From assembly GCA_965247665.1 (NCBI GenBank), contig CBDFHH010000002.1, positions 210,213-274,212 of the forward strand: 64,000 nt of DNA. Reading direction: 5' to 3'. The notes beneath the pieces are model-generated. The model saw only the letters and a list, made by a program, of their open reading frames with translations, was not told the origin of the DNA and made no database searches. Position numbers and translations under genes: made by a program. Numbering within the stretch: position 1 is the stretch's first letter; the number at the start of each line of letters is the position of its first letter. Shown here in pieces: positions 1 to 9,550 of this stretch. The stretch comes from Alphaproteobacteria bacterium (GTDB taxonomy: Bacteria; Pseudomonadota; Alphaproteobacteria; SHVV01).

Positions 1-1
1 G

Positions 2-649
2 CCGCCGCAGGCCGGTGACAAGATGCACAAGCTCGCCGCGCTCCTCGCTACGGCGGACCAGGACGCGCTCTACCGGCGGCTCGTCTCCCAGTGGCAGGAG
101 CCGGGCACACTGGTGCGCGGCGCAGAGGAGCCGCGCGGCATCCTCTGGGACGAGACGCTCCACCGCGACTTCGCGGACTTCACGGACCGCATGCAGTTCC
201 TGGATACAATCACCTATCTCCCCGACGACATCCTCACCAAGGTCGACCGCGCCAGCATGGCGGTCGGGCTCGAGGCGCGGGTGCCTCTGATCGACCATCG
301 CGTGGTCGAGTTCGCGTGGCGCCTGCCGCCCGCCATGAAGGTGCGGGGCGGCCAGGGGAAGTGGTTGCTGCGTCAGGTGCTCCGTCGCTACGTCCCGGAA
401 CGACTCACCGACCGCCCAAAGATGGGTTTTGGGGTGCCGATCGACCGCTGGCTCCGGGGACCGCTCAGGGACTGGGCCGAGAGTCTACTCGCCGAGGACC
501 GCCTGCGGGACGGCGGCTATTTCGAGCCGGCACCGATCCGCCGCGCCTGGGACGATCACCTCTCCGGCAACCGAAACCGTCAGTATCAACTATGGACCGT
601 CCTGATGTTCGAATCGTGGCGCGAGACCTGGGGGATCGGCAGTGCGTGA
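2..649 (+). CDS. asnB: asparagine synthase (glutamine-hydrolysing), C-terminal part; 5' end outside window
   Basis: Frame is open from the window edge to TGA 647-649. Translation ([33 protein letters not shown] ... KMGFGVPI) matches the conserved synthetase-domain C-terminus of AsnB-type enzymes. Confidence 0.85.
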   Translation, partial: PPQAGDKMHKLAALLATADQDALYRRLVSQWQEPGTLVRGAEEPRGILWDETLHRDFADFTDRMQFLDTITYLPDDILTKVDRASMAVGLEARVPLIDHRVVEFAWRLPPAMKVRGGQGKWLLRQVLRRYVPERLTDRPKMGFGVPIDRWLRGPLRDWAESLLAEDRLRDGGYFEPAPIRRAWDDHLSGNRNRQYQLWTVLMFESWRETWGIGSA

Positions 650-669
650 GCCCTTCCATCGGCTGACGT

Positions 670-692
670 CGGCGGCAACACGCGTGCCGCCG
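670..692 (+). terminator. hairpin 20 nt after asnB stop (8-bp stem CGGCGGCA/TGCCGCCG, 7-nt loop), no U-tract
   Basis: Perfect inverted repeat read directly. No T-run follows, so it is only terminator-like. Confidence 0.3.
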
Positions 693-942
693 AGGAGTAT
701 GTTCGCCGACGGCGAGAAGACGACGCGGAAGAGCGCGAGACGGCCCGTCGCAGTGGGGGCACCGATATCGTGTTGGCGGGAACGTGGGGAGCGGGCGAGA
801 GTGGGTCCAGAATTATAGCGATACATCAACAGGTTGAAGCGGGTACGGTTTCCCCCTCCCGCGGTGCCAACGATGCGATGGTTGACAGTACCTTGGCTGT
901 GAATAAATGATGCGAGCGATGCACGGCGCTGACGCGCGGCGC

Positions 943-1016
943 TGGGGGATAGTTTAACGGTAGAACTCTCGGCTCTGACCCGAGCAGTACAGGTTCGAAT
1001 CCTGTTCCCCCAGCCA
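943..1016 (+). tRNA. tRNA-Gln (anticodon CUG)
   Basis: Cloverleaf read by hand. Acceptor TGGGGGA/TCCCCCA, anticodon arm CTCGG-CTCTGAC-CCGAG (CTG), T-arm ACAGG-TTCGAAT-CCTGT, discriminator G plus encoded CCA. Confidence 0.9.
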
Positions 1017-1156
1017 GCGTGAGCGCGAGAATGCCGGATCATCGGCCGTGAACCCCCATCGATCGGTAGAGCCAAGCCTAGAGCCGCTAACCGCGCAGAT
1101 CGGCGCCGCAGTCGGCAATCTCGGCCCCCCGGTCGGCGGCGCGGTCGTGCCCGACG

Positions 1157-1200
1157 CCTTGACCCGCGCGATACAGGGTCGAGTCCTGTTCCCCCGGCTA
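1157..1200 (+). pseudogene. decayed tRNA-Gln-like 3' half (anticodon-loop-like CCTTGAC, T-arm ACAGG-GTCGAGT-CCTGT, TCCCCCG-G-CTA)
   Basis: About 26/30 identity to the 3' end of the tRNA-Gln 185 bp upstream. No matching 5' acceptor strand or D-arm. The T-loop is mutated at two conserved positions. Confidence 0.4.
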
Positions 1201-1332
1201 GCCGGATGCGTCTGCTCCCGCTAAACCCCAACATTTCGGAGTCGGCGACGACCGCGATGGCCGTGGCGAACCGGGACGCCGACGAGGCATTTCCATTATC
1301 GCTGCGGCTTGTCTCGTAGAGATCGGATCGGT

Positions 1333-2142
1333 ATGGCGGCAAAACCACGAATCACGGCGCTGACCTCGCATTTCGCCGGGCAGGTCGACGGACTGGCGCT
1401 CGACCATGCGGTCAGCGCCGCCACCGCCGCCAAGCTCCGGGCCGCGCTCGCGCGCCATGGCGTGTTGGTCCTGCGCAAGCAGGAGCTGTCGCCGGATCAG
1501 CTGCTGACCGGCGTTGCCGCGCTCGGCACGCCGGAGCGTCAGAACTACTCCCAGTTCAACCATCCCGACCATCCCGATATCGGCATCATCAACTACGACG
1601 ACGTACAAACGCCGGCCGACACCTGGCACACCGATCACACCAATCGGGAATATCCGCCCAAGGCGACGATCCTCTACGCCATCGAAATCCCCGAACGCGG
1701 CGGCGACACCAGTTTCGCCGATATGCGCGCCGCCTACGCGGCGCTGCCCGAGACGATGAAGCGGCGGATCGAAGGCCTGCGAACGGTCAACACGTTCGAC
1801 GGTCAGTTCGACGTGAGCGACGCGGATCGGCGTGCATTCGGCGCGCCGGTGGTCCATCCGCTCGTGCGGACCCATCCCGACACCGGCGAGAAAGCGCTGT
1901 ATTTCCACATCCTTAAGACGGCTCGGATCGAGGGGATGAGCGCCACAGCCAGCCGCGCGTTGCTCTCCCAACTGCTGGAACAGGCGATCCGACCGGAGTT
2001 CGTCTATCGCCACCGCTGGTCCGCAGGCGACCTGGTCGTGATCGACAACCGCAGCGTCATGCATCGCGTGCACGACGACTATGACCGGTCGGAAAACCGC
2101 CTGCTGCACCGGGTCATTGTCGCCGGCGACCGCCCGATATAG
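1333..2142 (+). CDS. TauD/TfdA-family Fe(II)/2-oxoglutarate dioxygenase
   Basis: 269-aa ORF (ATG 1333; a TTG at 1309 is also possible). Has the WHTDHT (His-x-Asp) motif, distal His in the VMHRV context, and overall TauD-like layout. Confidence 0.85.
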   Translation: MAAKPRITALTSHFAGQVDGLALDHAVSAATAAKLRAALARHGVLVLRKQELSPDQLLTGVAALGTPERQNYSQFNHPDHPDIGIINYDDVQTPADTWHTDHTNREYPPKATILYAIEIPERGGDTSFADMRAAYAALPETMKRRIEGLRTVNTFDGQFDVSDADRRAFGAPVVHPLVRTHPDTGEKALYFHILKTARIEGMSATASRALLSQLLEQAIRPEFVYRHRWSAGDLVVIDNRSVMHRVHDDYDRSENRLLHRVIVAGDRPI

Positions 2143-2504
2143 AGCCCTCCCGTGGTCATTTCGGGTGCGACCGCAGGAGCTGTTTGGTTGGTTCGGCTTT
2201 GGCGTGGTGCGGGTCGCGGGATCCTCCGTTCCAAGCGCACTTGTCGCAATAACGGCGCCTCGCAACGGTGCTGCCCGGACTCTCCGGAAGTGAACCTGAA
2301 CGGATCGAACGGCTTGATTTCGAATCCGGCGTCGATTCGGAGCGAGTGCCGTTTCGTCGAAACGCAGGTCGTGCTCGGCCCGATCGCTCGATTCCGCCCA
2401 GCGACGGCCCGTCCGGCGTTTGGCCGCCCGAGTCGGGGTGCGCGGCACGGTTGCAAGCACTAAGGTAACGGCAGAATAGCGATCACGAACGCGAAGGAAC
2501 TGCC

Positions 2505-2873
2505 ATGCCGTTCTACATGACCCATGCGAGCTTTACCGAGGAATCCCTCAAGGCCATGGTGCACAGACCTTCGAACCGCCCCGAGGCGATGGCCAAGATC
2601 GTCGAGGCGCATGGCGGTAAGATGCGTGAGTTTTTCTGGCAGTTTGGCAAGCATGACGTCGTCACGATCTACGAGGCCCCCAGCAACCAAACCGCTTCTG
2701 CGATTTTCATGGCGTTGATTTCCGCCGGTGCGGTCAAGTCCCATGAGACCACGGTGCTGGTGACCAACGAAGAGGCGATGGCCGCGATGAAGGCGGCCGG
2801 CAGCATCAAGTCCAGTTACACCACGCCGCGCGAGGAGTGGGAGGGCTGGCGGGATGAGGGCGGCGAGGGCTGA
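2505..2873 (+). CDS. GYD-domain protein
   Basis: 122-aa ORF. N-terminus MPFYMTHASFTEESLKAM ... FGKHDVVTIYEAP is typical of the GYD family. Confidence 0.75.
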   Translation: MPFYMTHASFTEESLKAMVHRPSNRPEAMAKIVEAHGGKMREFFWQFGKHDVVTIYEAPSNQTASAIFMALISAGAVKSHETTVLVTNEEAMAAMKAAGSIKSSYTTPREEWEGWRDEGGEG

Positions 2874-2914
2874 ACGCCGCTGGTCGGATCCGCAGCGAAC
2901 AACGAGCCTGAACG

Positions 2915-3328
2915 ATGGAACCCGTCCTCAACAGCTTCCTCGCCGGCTTTCCGGTGTTCATCGCCCATTTCGCGCTCACGGTGGTGCTGCTGGTCGTCGG
3001 CGTCGCCGTCTACCATACGATCACCCCGCACCACGAAATGCGCTTGGTACGCGACGGCAACGTGGCGGCGGCCATCTCGCTCGGCGGCGTGGTCATCGGT
3101 TTGGGACTGCCGCTCGCGGTGAGTCTCGCCAACAGCGTAACGCTGTTCGACATCCTGCTCTGGGGCGCGGTTGCACTCGTGATCCAGCTGCTCACTTATT
3201 TTGCGATCGACCTCCTGCTGCGGGGGCTGTCCGAACGAATCGAGCAGGGCCAGGTCGCGGCCGCCGTCCTGCTGGCGACGGTGAAGGTGTCGGTCGCCGC
3301 CATCAACGCCGCCGCCTTGTCGGGCTAG
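2915..3328 (+). CDS. DUF350-family small membrane protein
   Basis: 137-aa ORF with 4 hydrophobic helices. The pattern (TPHHEMRLVRDGNVAAAI ... ) is typical of DUF350/YjfL-like proteins. Confidence 0.75.
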   Translation: MEPVLNSFLAGFPVFIAHFALTVVLLVVGVAVYHTITPHHEMRLVRDGNVAAAISLGGVVIGLGLPLAVSLANSVTLFDILLWGAVALVIQLLTYFAIDLLLRGLSERIEQGQVAAAVLLATVKVSVAAINAAALSG

Positions 3329-3377
3329 GCAAAGAGACCGACGCAGCTGTCGCTCGCGAAGCGTTGCTCGCCAAGAG

Positions 3378-4232
3378 ATGCGCGGATTCGACTATCTGGT
3401 CATCGTCGTACTGATCGCCGCGATCATTCACGTTGCCCTAAGTGATTTCTCCGAACCGGAGCAGCGCCGGCCAACGCCTCAACGAGCGCCACCGACCGAA
3501 GCCGTGTTGGCGCCGCCGTCTCCCGACGACCCGACCCTGACGGTCGAGTTGGAACGCAAACGCGGCCACGCCGTGGGGACGGCTTTTTCGATCGCGCCGA
3601 ACGGCGTGTGGCTCACCGCGCGGCACGTGATGAGCGGTTGCCGGGAGGTGTGGCTGCAGACTGCGCCACGCCGCGGATTGCCGGCGGTCCGCGTGGTCGA
3701 ACATCCAGGTGCCGACATCGCCGTCATCGTGACTCGACGCGGCGCGCCATCGCTGCCCCTGTCGACGCACCTCGGACATGGCCAAGAGGGATTCCATTTC
3801 GGCTTCCCGGGCGGGAAGCCTGGCGGGGCGCATTCGCAGCTTCTGGGCCGTGCGCGCCTCAAAACGATCGGCGTGCGTCGCACCGTCGAACCGGTAGTGG
3901 CCTGGGCTGAATTGCGGCGACACCCGGAAAGCCTCGACGCCCTCGGCGGCCTAAGCGGCGGTCCGGTGCTCAACCGTAGCGGTGACGCGGTCGGCGTTAC
4001 CATCGCCGAGTCGCGCCGGCGCGGTAGGGTTATCACGGCGGCACCGAGATCGGTCCGCGAGATCCTCCGGCAGGCGGCTGTCAGCGCCGCCGGTCGCGCC
4101 GCCGGGGCCGTATCGGCGTCGCTTCTCAACGGCAACGACTTCCCCCGCTATGGCGACGCGCTGCGAGAGGAACTCACGGTGGCAAAGGTGATCTGTCTGG
4201 TGGCCAACCCGCGACGACGCCCGACGTTTTAA
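3378..4232 (+). CDS. membrane-anchored trypsin-like (S1) serine protease
   Basis: Has an N-terminal TM helix. Catalytic-triad contexts are TARHV (His), GADIAVI (Asp) and GGLSGGPV (Ser). Confidence 0.75.
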   Translation: MRGFDYLVIVVLIAAIIHVALSDFSEPEQRRPTPQRAPPTEAVLAPPSPDDPTLTVELERKRGHAVGTAFSIAPNGVWLTARHVMSGCREVWLQTAPRRGLPAVRVVEHPGADIAVIVTRRGAPSLPLSTHLGHGQEGFHFGFPGGKPGGAHSQLLGRARLKTIGVRRTVEPVVAWAELRRHPESLDALGGLSGGPVLNRSGDAVGVTIAESRRRGRVITAAPRSVREILRQAAVSAAGRAAGAVSASLLNGNDFPRYGDALREELTVAKVICLVANPRRRPTF

Positions 4233-4350
4233 GAAGTCATCGTTCCCAGCCGTTGTTGGCATTGGGGCATCTACCCTCCACGCTGAAGCGGAACCTCTGA
4301 ATCAAGGAGGCGATGCGCCGTCGCGGCCAAGCGTTCAAGGAAACGCTCAA

Positions 4351-5023
4351 TCAGGCTATGCTCAAGGGGCCCGCACGCGGGGCGACGCGCCGTCCGCGCG
4401 GCTGGCGTGGACCCGCTTGTGGGAGGTCCCTGTGGACCCACGGGGTCAAGCGGGGCGCGCGCTTATTCGACGGTCGCCGGTGGCGGAATCGGCTCTGCTT
4501 GAGCCGGCAGCTCTCGCCGTTCATCTCCAGGACATGGACATGGTGGGTGATGCGGTCGAGGGGCGCGCCGGTGAGACGTTCGCTGGCGAAGACCTTGTCC
4601 ATTCCTGGAAGTGCAGGTTGGAGGTGACGACGGTGGCGCCGTTCTCGTAGCCCTGGCTGAAGACGTCGAACAGGCACTCGCTTCCGGTCTGCGACAGGGG
4701 GACGTATCCGAGCTCGTCGACGATGAGCAGGCTGACTTTGACGAGCTGGGCCTGGAGGCGGAGAGCCTCTTTTCGTCGCGCGCCTCGATCAACTCATGGA
4801 CCAGATGGGAGGCGGTGGCGAAGCGGACGGAGAGGCCCTACTGGCAGGCGGCGAGGCGGAGGGCGAGGGCGATGTGCGTCTTACCAACGCCGCTCGGGAC
4901 GAGCAGGATTACATTCTCGCGGCGCGTGATGTACTCGCCGCGGGCGAGTTCGAGGACCAGCATCTTGCTGAGCGCCGGGATGGCCTTGAAGTCCAGGCTG
5001 TCGAGCTGTTTGACGATGCGCAA
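4351..5023 (-). pseudogene. istB: IS21-family IstB helper ATPase, 5'-truncated and frameshifted
   Basis: Walker A VPSGVGKTH, then VRFATASHLVHELIEARDEK, LLIVDELGYVP and DRITHHVHVLEMNGESCRLK lie in three different minus-strand frames. Confidence 0.7.
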
Positions 5024-5040
5024 CTTAGTCTAGCCTGCTT

Positions 5041-5118
5041 GATACGCCGCTCGGCCCGTCAACCCAACCCGCGTCCAACTCTCTCATAAGACGTGGACCA
5101 CCTATTGGGCGCGGGTCA
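5041..5118 (-). mobile_element. IS3-family terminal sequence, copy A (tip TGACCCGCGCCCAATAGGTGGTCCAC at 5118, reading leftwards)
   Basis: Shares a GGTGGTCCAC..TTATGAGAGAGTTGGACGCGGG core with copies at 6704, 7455 and 13251. No transposase follows it. Confidence 0.6.
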
Positions 5119-5181
5119 TAATCCTTCAGGATTTCGAACGATGTTTCCGCAAAAAAGTCGGTCGGAAGGAAACTAATACAG

Positions 5182-6588
5182 ATGAAGACACTCATTAGGG
5201 GAGGCACTGTCGTCGCCTGTGTGGAAGACGGGCATACAGTAATCGAGAAAGGGGTGGTCGTATTCGAGGGCAATGAAATTACGCATGTCGGCGAGACATA
5301 TGCCGGCAATGCAGACTTGACGATCGACGCTCGCGGAAAACTTGTGATTCCAGGCCTGATCAACATGCATATGCATGTTACCGACACGGCGTACACCGGC
5401 GAGCTGTTGGTCGACCACGGCCACCACGACTGGCGTGACGTTCTCTATAAATTCTTACCGGCAGTCCGGAACGTAATCAGCGCTGAGGATGAATTCATTG
5501 CAGCAGAATGTGCTTTCGCCGAATTGATGCTGTCGGGCACCACCACCGCCGTCGAGTTAGGATTTGACTATGAAATGATGGAGGGAGGCGACATAGCCCA
5601 TACCGAGCATATCGCCGGGATCGCTGTCGATATGGGACTGCGTTGCTATATGGGCCCTAGATACCGGTCATTGCACTGGGGTCTCGGAGATGCTGGTGAA
5701 CCTTGGTACAAGCCGTATCCGAATCGTGGTCTTTCGCGGTTTGAGGACTGTTTCCGGTTTTGTCGAGACTTTGACGGTCGTTTTGACGGTCGCCTTCGTA
5801 CGATGCTCGCTCCTGGCCAAGTCGACACGTGTGATCCCGAGATCTTGGAGAGAACTCGTGAGGCGGCAAACGAAATCGGCGTTGTGATCCAACTCCATGC
5901 TGGTCAGTCGTCACAAGAGTTTAGAGAAATAGGCCGCCGTCACAAACAGACGACCGTCGAGTACATTTCGAGTACGGGCCTACTCGGATCGGATTTGATC
6001 ATAGGGCACGGGATGTTTCTTTCTGAGGATGGCGATGTTGATCATTGCACGCCAAGCGACCTCGAAGCATTGAGAGAATCAGGCACCTCGATTGCACACT
6101 TACCCTGGATACAGGTTCGACAGGGGAGATTCATGAGGTCCTTTGCAAAATACCGCCGCGCGGGGATCAATATGTGTCTAGGAACTGACACTTTCCCCTT
6201 CGACATGATCAACGAAATGCGATGGGCGGCCGTTTTGTGCAAGATAGCCGAGCAAGACCCAAAGGCAGGAAGTGCACGCGAAATATTTCACGCTGCAACG
6301 ATAGGCGGCGCGCAAGCACTTAAGCGGGATGATCTCGGTCGGCTGAAGCCGGGGTGTCGGGCCGACATCGTCATAGTCGATCTGAACAAACCACACGCAC
6401 TCCCGCTTCGCGATCCATTCAAGTTCATGGCTTACAGTGCTTCGGGCGCAGATGTCGATACGGTGATTATCGACGGCAGAACTGTGGTAGATCAGGGGAA
6501 GCTCGTGTTCTGTGACTTGCCCACGGCGTTGGACAAATTGCGAGAAGCAATCACGCGAGTGCATGACCGCGTTAGAATCTCCCAATAG
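5182..6588 (+). CDS. amidohydrolase-superfamily enzyme (chlorohydrolase/deaminase-like)
   Basis: 468-aa ORF. N-terminal metal-binding motif PGLINMHMHV (HxH). Length and layout fit the amidohydrolase family. GC is visibly lower than the genome background. Confidence 0.85.
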   Translation: MKTLIRGGTVVACVEDGHTVIEKGVVVFEGNEITHVGETYAGNADLTIDARGKLVIPGLINMHMHVTDTAYTGELLVDHGHHDWRDVLYKFLPAVRNVISAEDEFIAAECAFAELMLSGTTTAVELGFDYEMMEGGDIAHTEHIAGIAVDMGLRCYMGPRYRSLHWGLGDAGEPWYKPYPNRGLSRFEDCFRFCRDFDGRFDGRLRTMLAPGQVDTCDPEILERTREAANEIGVVIQLHAGQSSQEFREIGRRHKQTTVEYISSTGLLGSDLIIGHGMFLSEDGDVDHCTPSDLEALRESGTSIAHLPWIQVRQGRFMRSFAKYRRAGINMCLGTDTFPFDMINEMRWAAVLCKIAEQDPKAGSAREIFHAATIGGAQALKRDDLGRLKPGCRADIVIVDLNKPHALPLRDPFKFMAYSASGADVDTVIIDGRTVVDQGKLVFCDLPTALDKLREAITRVHDRVRISQ

Positions 6589-6703
6589 CCTTCCATCGCA
6601 GCGTTCGCACGCATCGCCGTCTCGTCATGCCAATTATTACCAATTCTGCACTTACTGTTGGGGTCTGACGCCAGGCAAGCGGGTATTCCTTCTCGATCCA
6701 GCG

Positions 6704-6773
6704 TGGCCTGCCTCCATTAAGTGGTCCACGTCTTGTGAGAGAGCTGGACGCGGGTCGAGTGGACGGCCGAGCG
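6704..6773 (+). mobile_element. IS3-family terminal sequence, copy D (tip TGGCCTGCCTCCATTAAGTGGTCCAC at 6704, reading rightwards)
   Basis: Near-identical to copy A over about 70 nt. It abuts the truncated orfB of the next element. Confidence 0.6.
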
Positions 6774-6789
6774 TAGCCCATCCACAGCG

Positions 6790-7066
6790 TAGGTCGGCCC
6801 CAGAGTGATCCCGGCTCTATGTAAAGGGTCTTCACACCGATCCGACCGAGCCGTTCGCGGACGGCATGGGCGGTAAACTCTGCCCCGTTGTCGGAGCGGA
6901 TATGGTCGGATGGGCCGTGCAGAGTGAAGAGGTTGGTGAGGCAATGGAGCACATTGTCCGCGTTCAGCCTGCGCTCCACGACCATGGCGAGACATCGCCG
7001 GGTGAACTCATCGATCAGGCCCGTCGTTCCGATATACCCAGGTCCGCTTGAAGATGATCGATGCAC
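6790..7066 (-). pseudogene. IS3-family transposase orfB remnant (DDE/rve core only)
   Basis: LIDEFTRRCLAMVVERRL ... HIRSDNGAEFTAHAV ... KTLYIEPGSLWG, after which homology breaks off. The N-terminal third of a normal orfB is absent. Confidence 0.65.
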
Positions 7067-7085
7067 TGCCGGCGGCGGGCGGAGC

Positions 7086-7388
7086 TTATGAGTTTCCCTC
7101 GAGCGCCTCTTTGAGGATCAGCTTGTCCAGCGTCAAATCGTAGACCACCTTCCGGAGACGGCCGTTCTCCCTTTCCAGATCCTTCAGGCGCTTGGCCTGA
7201 TCGACGCGGAGACCGCCGTACCCCTTGCGCCAGCGACAGTAGCTCTGTTCGGAGATCCCCAGACCACGACAGACCTCGCCCGTCGTCTGGCTTTGGCAGA
7301 TCAGAACCTCGGCTTGCCGCAGGATATTGATGATTTGCTCAGGTGCGTAGCGCTTACGGCTCATTTTGTCCTCCTGCCGAGGGGTCAA
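7086..7388 (-). CDS. IS3-family transposase orfA (HTH)
   Basis: 100-aa ORF: SRKRYAPEQIINILRQAEVL ... GISEQSYCRWRKGYGGL ... LKDLERENGRLRKVV. This is a classic IS3 orfA with a leucine-zipper tail. Confidence 0.9.
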   Translation of the reverse strand: MTPRQEDKMSRKRYAPEQIINILRQAEVLICQSQTTGEVCRGLGISEQSYCRWRKGYGGLRVDQAKRLKDLERENGRLRKVVYDLTLDKLILKEALEGNS

Positions 7389-7408
7389 AATGCGCCAACT
7401 CTCTCAAT

Positions 7409-7450
7409 AAATCCGGACCACCTAATGGGAAATCCGGACCACCTAATGGG
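7409..7450. repeat. perfect 21-bp tandem duplication (AAATCCGGACCACCTAATGGG x2) inside the IS3 terminal repeat
   Basis: Read directly from the sequence. Confidence 0.95.
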
Positions 7451-7513
7451 GGTCACTCCAGGCGCTGCCGGAGGTAATCAATCACGCGGGAATTTCCTTG
7501 ATAGCTCCTGACC

Positions 7514-8299
7514 CTAGTATGGTCCGATCGCCTTGAACACGTATGCCAGACCGGCAACCACAAGAAGAACAGCGACTGACTGCCCAAGAACACGTGTGGA
7601 GATTCGTTGGGCAAAGATCGCACCTATGCCGGCACCAACCACGACTACCGCGGTCAGGGGGATGGCGACGCCAAAATCCACTCTGCCCAACAACAAGTTT
7701 CCAGCTGTAGCAAAGATACCGATGGGCATCTGTACAACGTGAGCAAGACCTATGGCCTGCTTGTGATGAATGCGTAAGGCCATCAGGCAAGGCATCAGTA
7801 TCAAAGGCCCCCCCGTCCCCGTGAGGGCTGAACCGAAACCGGTAATGACCCCGACAATAAACAATGTCCTGTTGGCGGGCCGATGAAATTGCCCTGCGTC
7901 CGGGTGTTTTGCGCCAAACACTAAGACACGGATACCGGAGGCGACACAGAGTGCGGCTACGATTAACTGAATGGCGGTCGAGGGGAGATAGGCCAGTGCG
8001 AAGGTTCCGGCGAAAGCCCCGACCCCCGATCCCAGCGTTATCTCGATAAGGTCCTCGCGTACGATCGCCCCACCCCTTGCATAGAAAAGCGCTCCAACCC
8101 CTCCCGCAAAAATGAAGGCGAACATGCAACTGGGAATCGCCAAGTGGATTGGCACCTCTCCCACCACGTTCAAAGTGGGGCCCAAGAGCATGCCACCGAT
8201 CGACGTAGCACCGATTAAGAACGCAATTGCGAAACTGCCCCCCACAAGGAACATATTCGACAAGAAATCCATGCCCATAACGGTGACTTTTCCGAACAA
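7514..8299 (-). CDS. TauE/SafE (TSUP, DUF81) family anion/sulfite exporter
   Basis: 261-aa polytopic membrane ORF with the glycine-rich repeat pattern of the TSUP family. Confidence 0.8.
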   Translation of the reverse strand: MFGKVTVMGMDFLSNMFLVGGSFAIAFLIGATSIGGMLLGPTLNVVGEVPIHLAIPSCMFAFIFAGGVGALFYARGGAIVREDLIEITLGSGVGAFAGTFALAYLPSTAIQLIVAALCVASGIRVLVFGAKHPDAGQFHRPANRTLFIVGVITGFGSALTGTGGPLILMPCLMALRIHHKQAIGLAHVVQMPIGIFATAGNLLLGRVDFGVAIPLTAVVVVGAGIGAIFAQRISTRVLGQSVAVLLVVAGLAYVFKAIGPY

Positions 8300-8468
8300 C
8301 GATCAATTAGTCGAGCAACGACTTGCCCATAAGAGCAATGGCTGAATTTTCGCGGGGCCGTAGTAGTTAGCGGTTGGCAGCACCTCTTGTTCAGCCCCGA
8401 GACGGATTGATCGGTCAGTCTACGCGTTGATGCCGGCGATGCGGGCGCCAGCGTTGCGATTTAAACGT

Positions 8469-8580
8469 TTATTTCTCACGGTTGACCTTTTCGATGATGG
8501 CGTTGGCCGACGCGGTCCGGATGAAGGGACGGGGTCGGCATTGTGCTGATCGAGGTAGTTGTTGATGGCGATTTGGAGAT
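8469..8580 (-). pseudogene. IS630-family transposase C-terminal fragment (one frameshift)
   Basis: AINNYLDQHNAD / PRPFIRTASANAIIEKVNREK* lie in two adjacent frames. This is the typical IS630 C-terminus. Confidence 0.5.
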
Positions 8581-8700
8581 CGAGTGGGCGAACCGGGTCT
8601 GGTGTGCCGACATCACTTCCCGGTGCGCTGCGGCTTCCTTTACCTGGTGGCGATCATGGACTGAGCGAGCCGGTATGTCCTGGCCTGGCGGCAGGCGCAA
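8575..8700 (+). pseudogene. IS3-family orfB internal fragment (frameshift plus TGA)
   Basis: NRVWCADIT / FPVRCGFLYLVAIMD*ASRYVLAW. The TGA sits at the position of the conserved Trp. Confidence 0.5.
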
Positions 8701-8789
8701 CAGCAGTCACAGGAAGAACGATTGAAGGGGATTCTGGCGGCCCGATCGACAACCGGCATACACCTTAAACCAGCCGCCAACCTGTCCGA

Positions 8790-9392
8790 AAAGGCGGGGC
8801 CATCTCGTGCTGTGTGCCAAGTTGCGCCGCGCCTTGGCCGATCGCGAGTGCAACCTCTTGTCCGGCTTGGTGGAAATCGACGAAACCACGATGAATTACC
8901 GGACCAAGAACGATCCGCCAGCCGCCGGCTGTGAGCGTAGCCACGTGGGCAAGCTGCTCATCGCCGGCGCCGTCGAGATCAAAGATGGCAAGCCGGCCGC
9001 ATCCGCCTTGCCAACATCAATGATTTCTCCGCCACCAGTTTTCGGGCGTTCATGGCGGCCAACCTCGCCCCCGACAGCACCGCCAAGACCAACGGCTGGG
9101 CCGCCTGCACCAACGCCCCGGATGTCAACCATGAGCGCCACGTCATCGGCCCCATGGCGGCCCATGTCGTGCTGCCATGGGGCCACCGATCTTCTCCAAC
9201 CTCAAATCCTGAGTGCTCGGCATCTACCACGGATTGCGGCCCGATCGCCTAAACTCCTACCTTGAGAAGTTCGTCTTCCGCTGCAACCGACGCCGAACAG
9301 GCGCCGCCGCGTTCCAATCCCTACTCGGCATCGCCACCCACATCCAAACCGTAACCTACAACATATCGATCTCACCGGAAGTATCGGGATAA
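8790..9392 (+). pseudogene. IS1595-family (ISXO2-like) transposase, frameshifted
   Basis: LSGLVEIDETTM ... GKLLIAGAVEI ... TNGWAAC ... LPWGH ... YLEKFVFRCNRRR ... FQSLLGIA is spread over at least three frames. Confidence 0.55.
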
Positions 9393-9480
9393 GCCTTTAC
9401 AATGGTTCGGGTTTGTATAATCAACTCCTAAAAGGAAGAATACAGTTGTTTGGGGGAATTCCACTGCGTCATGACAAGCT

Positions 9481-9497
9481 TTTCACAAGTTGTGAAA
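9481..9497. promoter_or_regulatory. perfect 17-bp palindrome TTTCACAA-G-TTGTGAAA about 55 bp upstream of the ABC permease gene; TATAAT at 9416-9421
   Basis: Read directly. It sits in the AT-rich leader of the operon. The regulator is unknown. Confidence 0.3.
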
Positions 9498-9550
9498 TGG
9501 GCTTTTAACTTTTTGCCGTGACTTTGGATTTCTAAATTCGAACTGGTAAC

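Larger units (their letters stand above)
6774..7455 (-). mobile_element. partial IS3-family insertion sequence (intact orfA, internally deleted and 3'-truncated orfB, IRL tip TGACCCCC at 7455)
   Basis: orfA and an orfB remnant sit in the canonical order behind a terminal repeat that starts with TGA. Confidence 0.75.

Noticed and set aside
590-1348. 252-aa minus-strand ORF spanning the tRNA-Gln region.
   Set aside because: It runs antisense through a bona fide tRNA gene and its decayed copy. It is low-complexity and has no motifs.
1198-2460. 420-aa minus-strand ORF overlapping the TauD-family gene. Similar antisense ORFs occur at 26839..27822, 51908..52957, 54449..55981, 20024..20653, 38293..39114 and 43724..44509.
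   Set aside because: All are opposite-strand shadows of genes with clear family motifs. Long open antisense frames are typical of high-GC DNA. None shows a recognisable domain.
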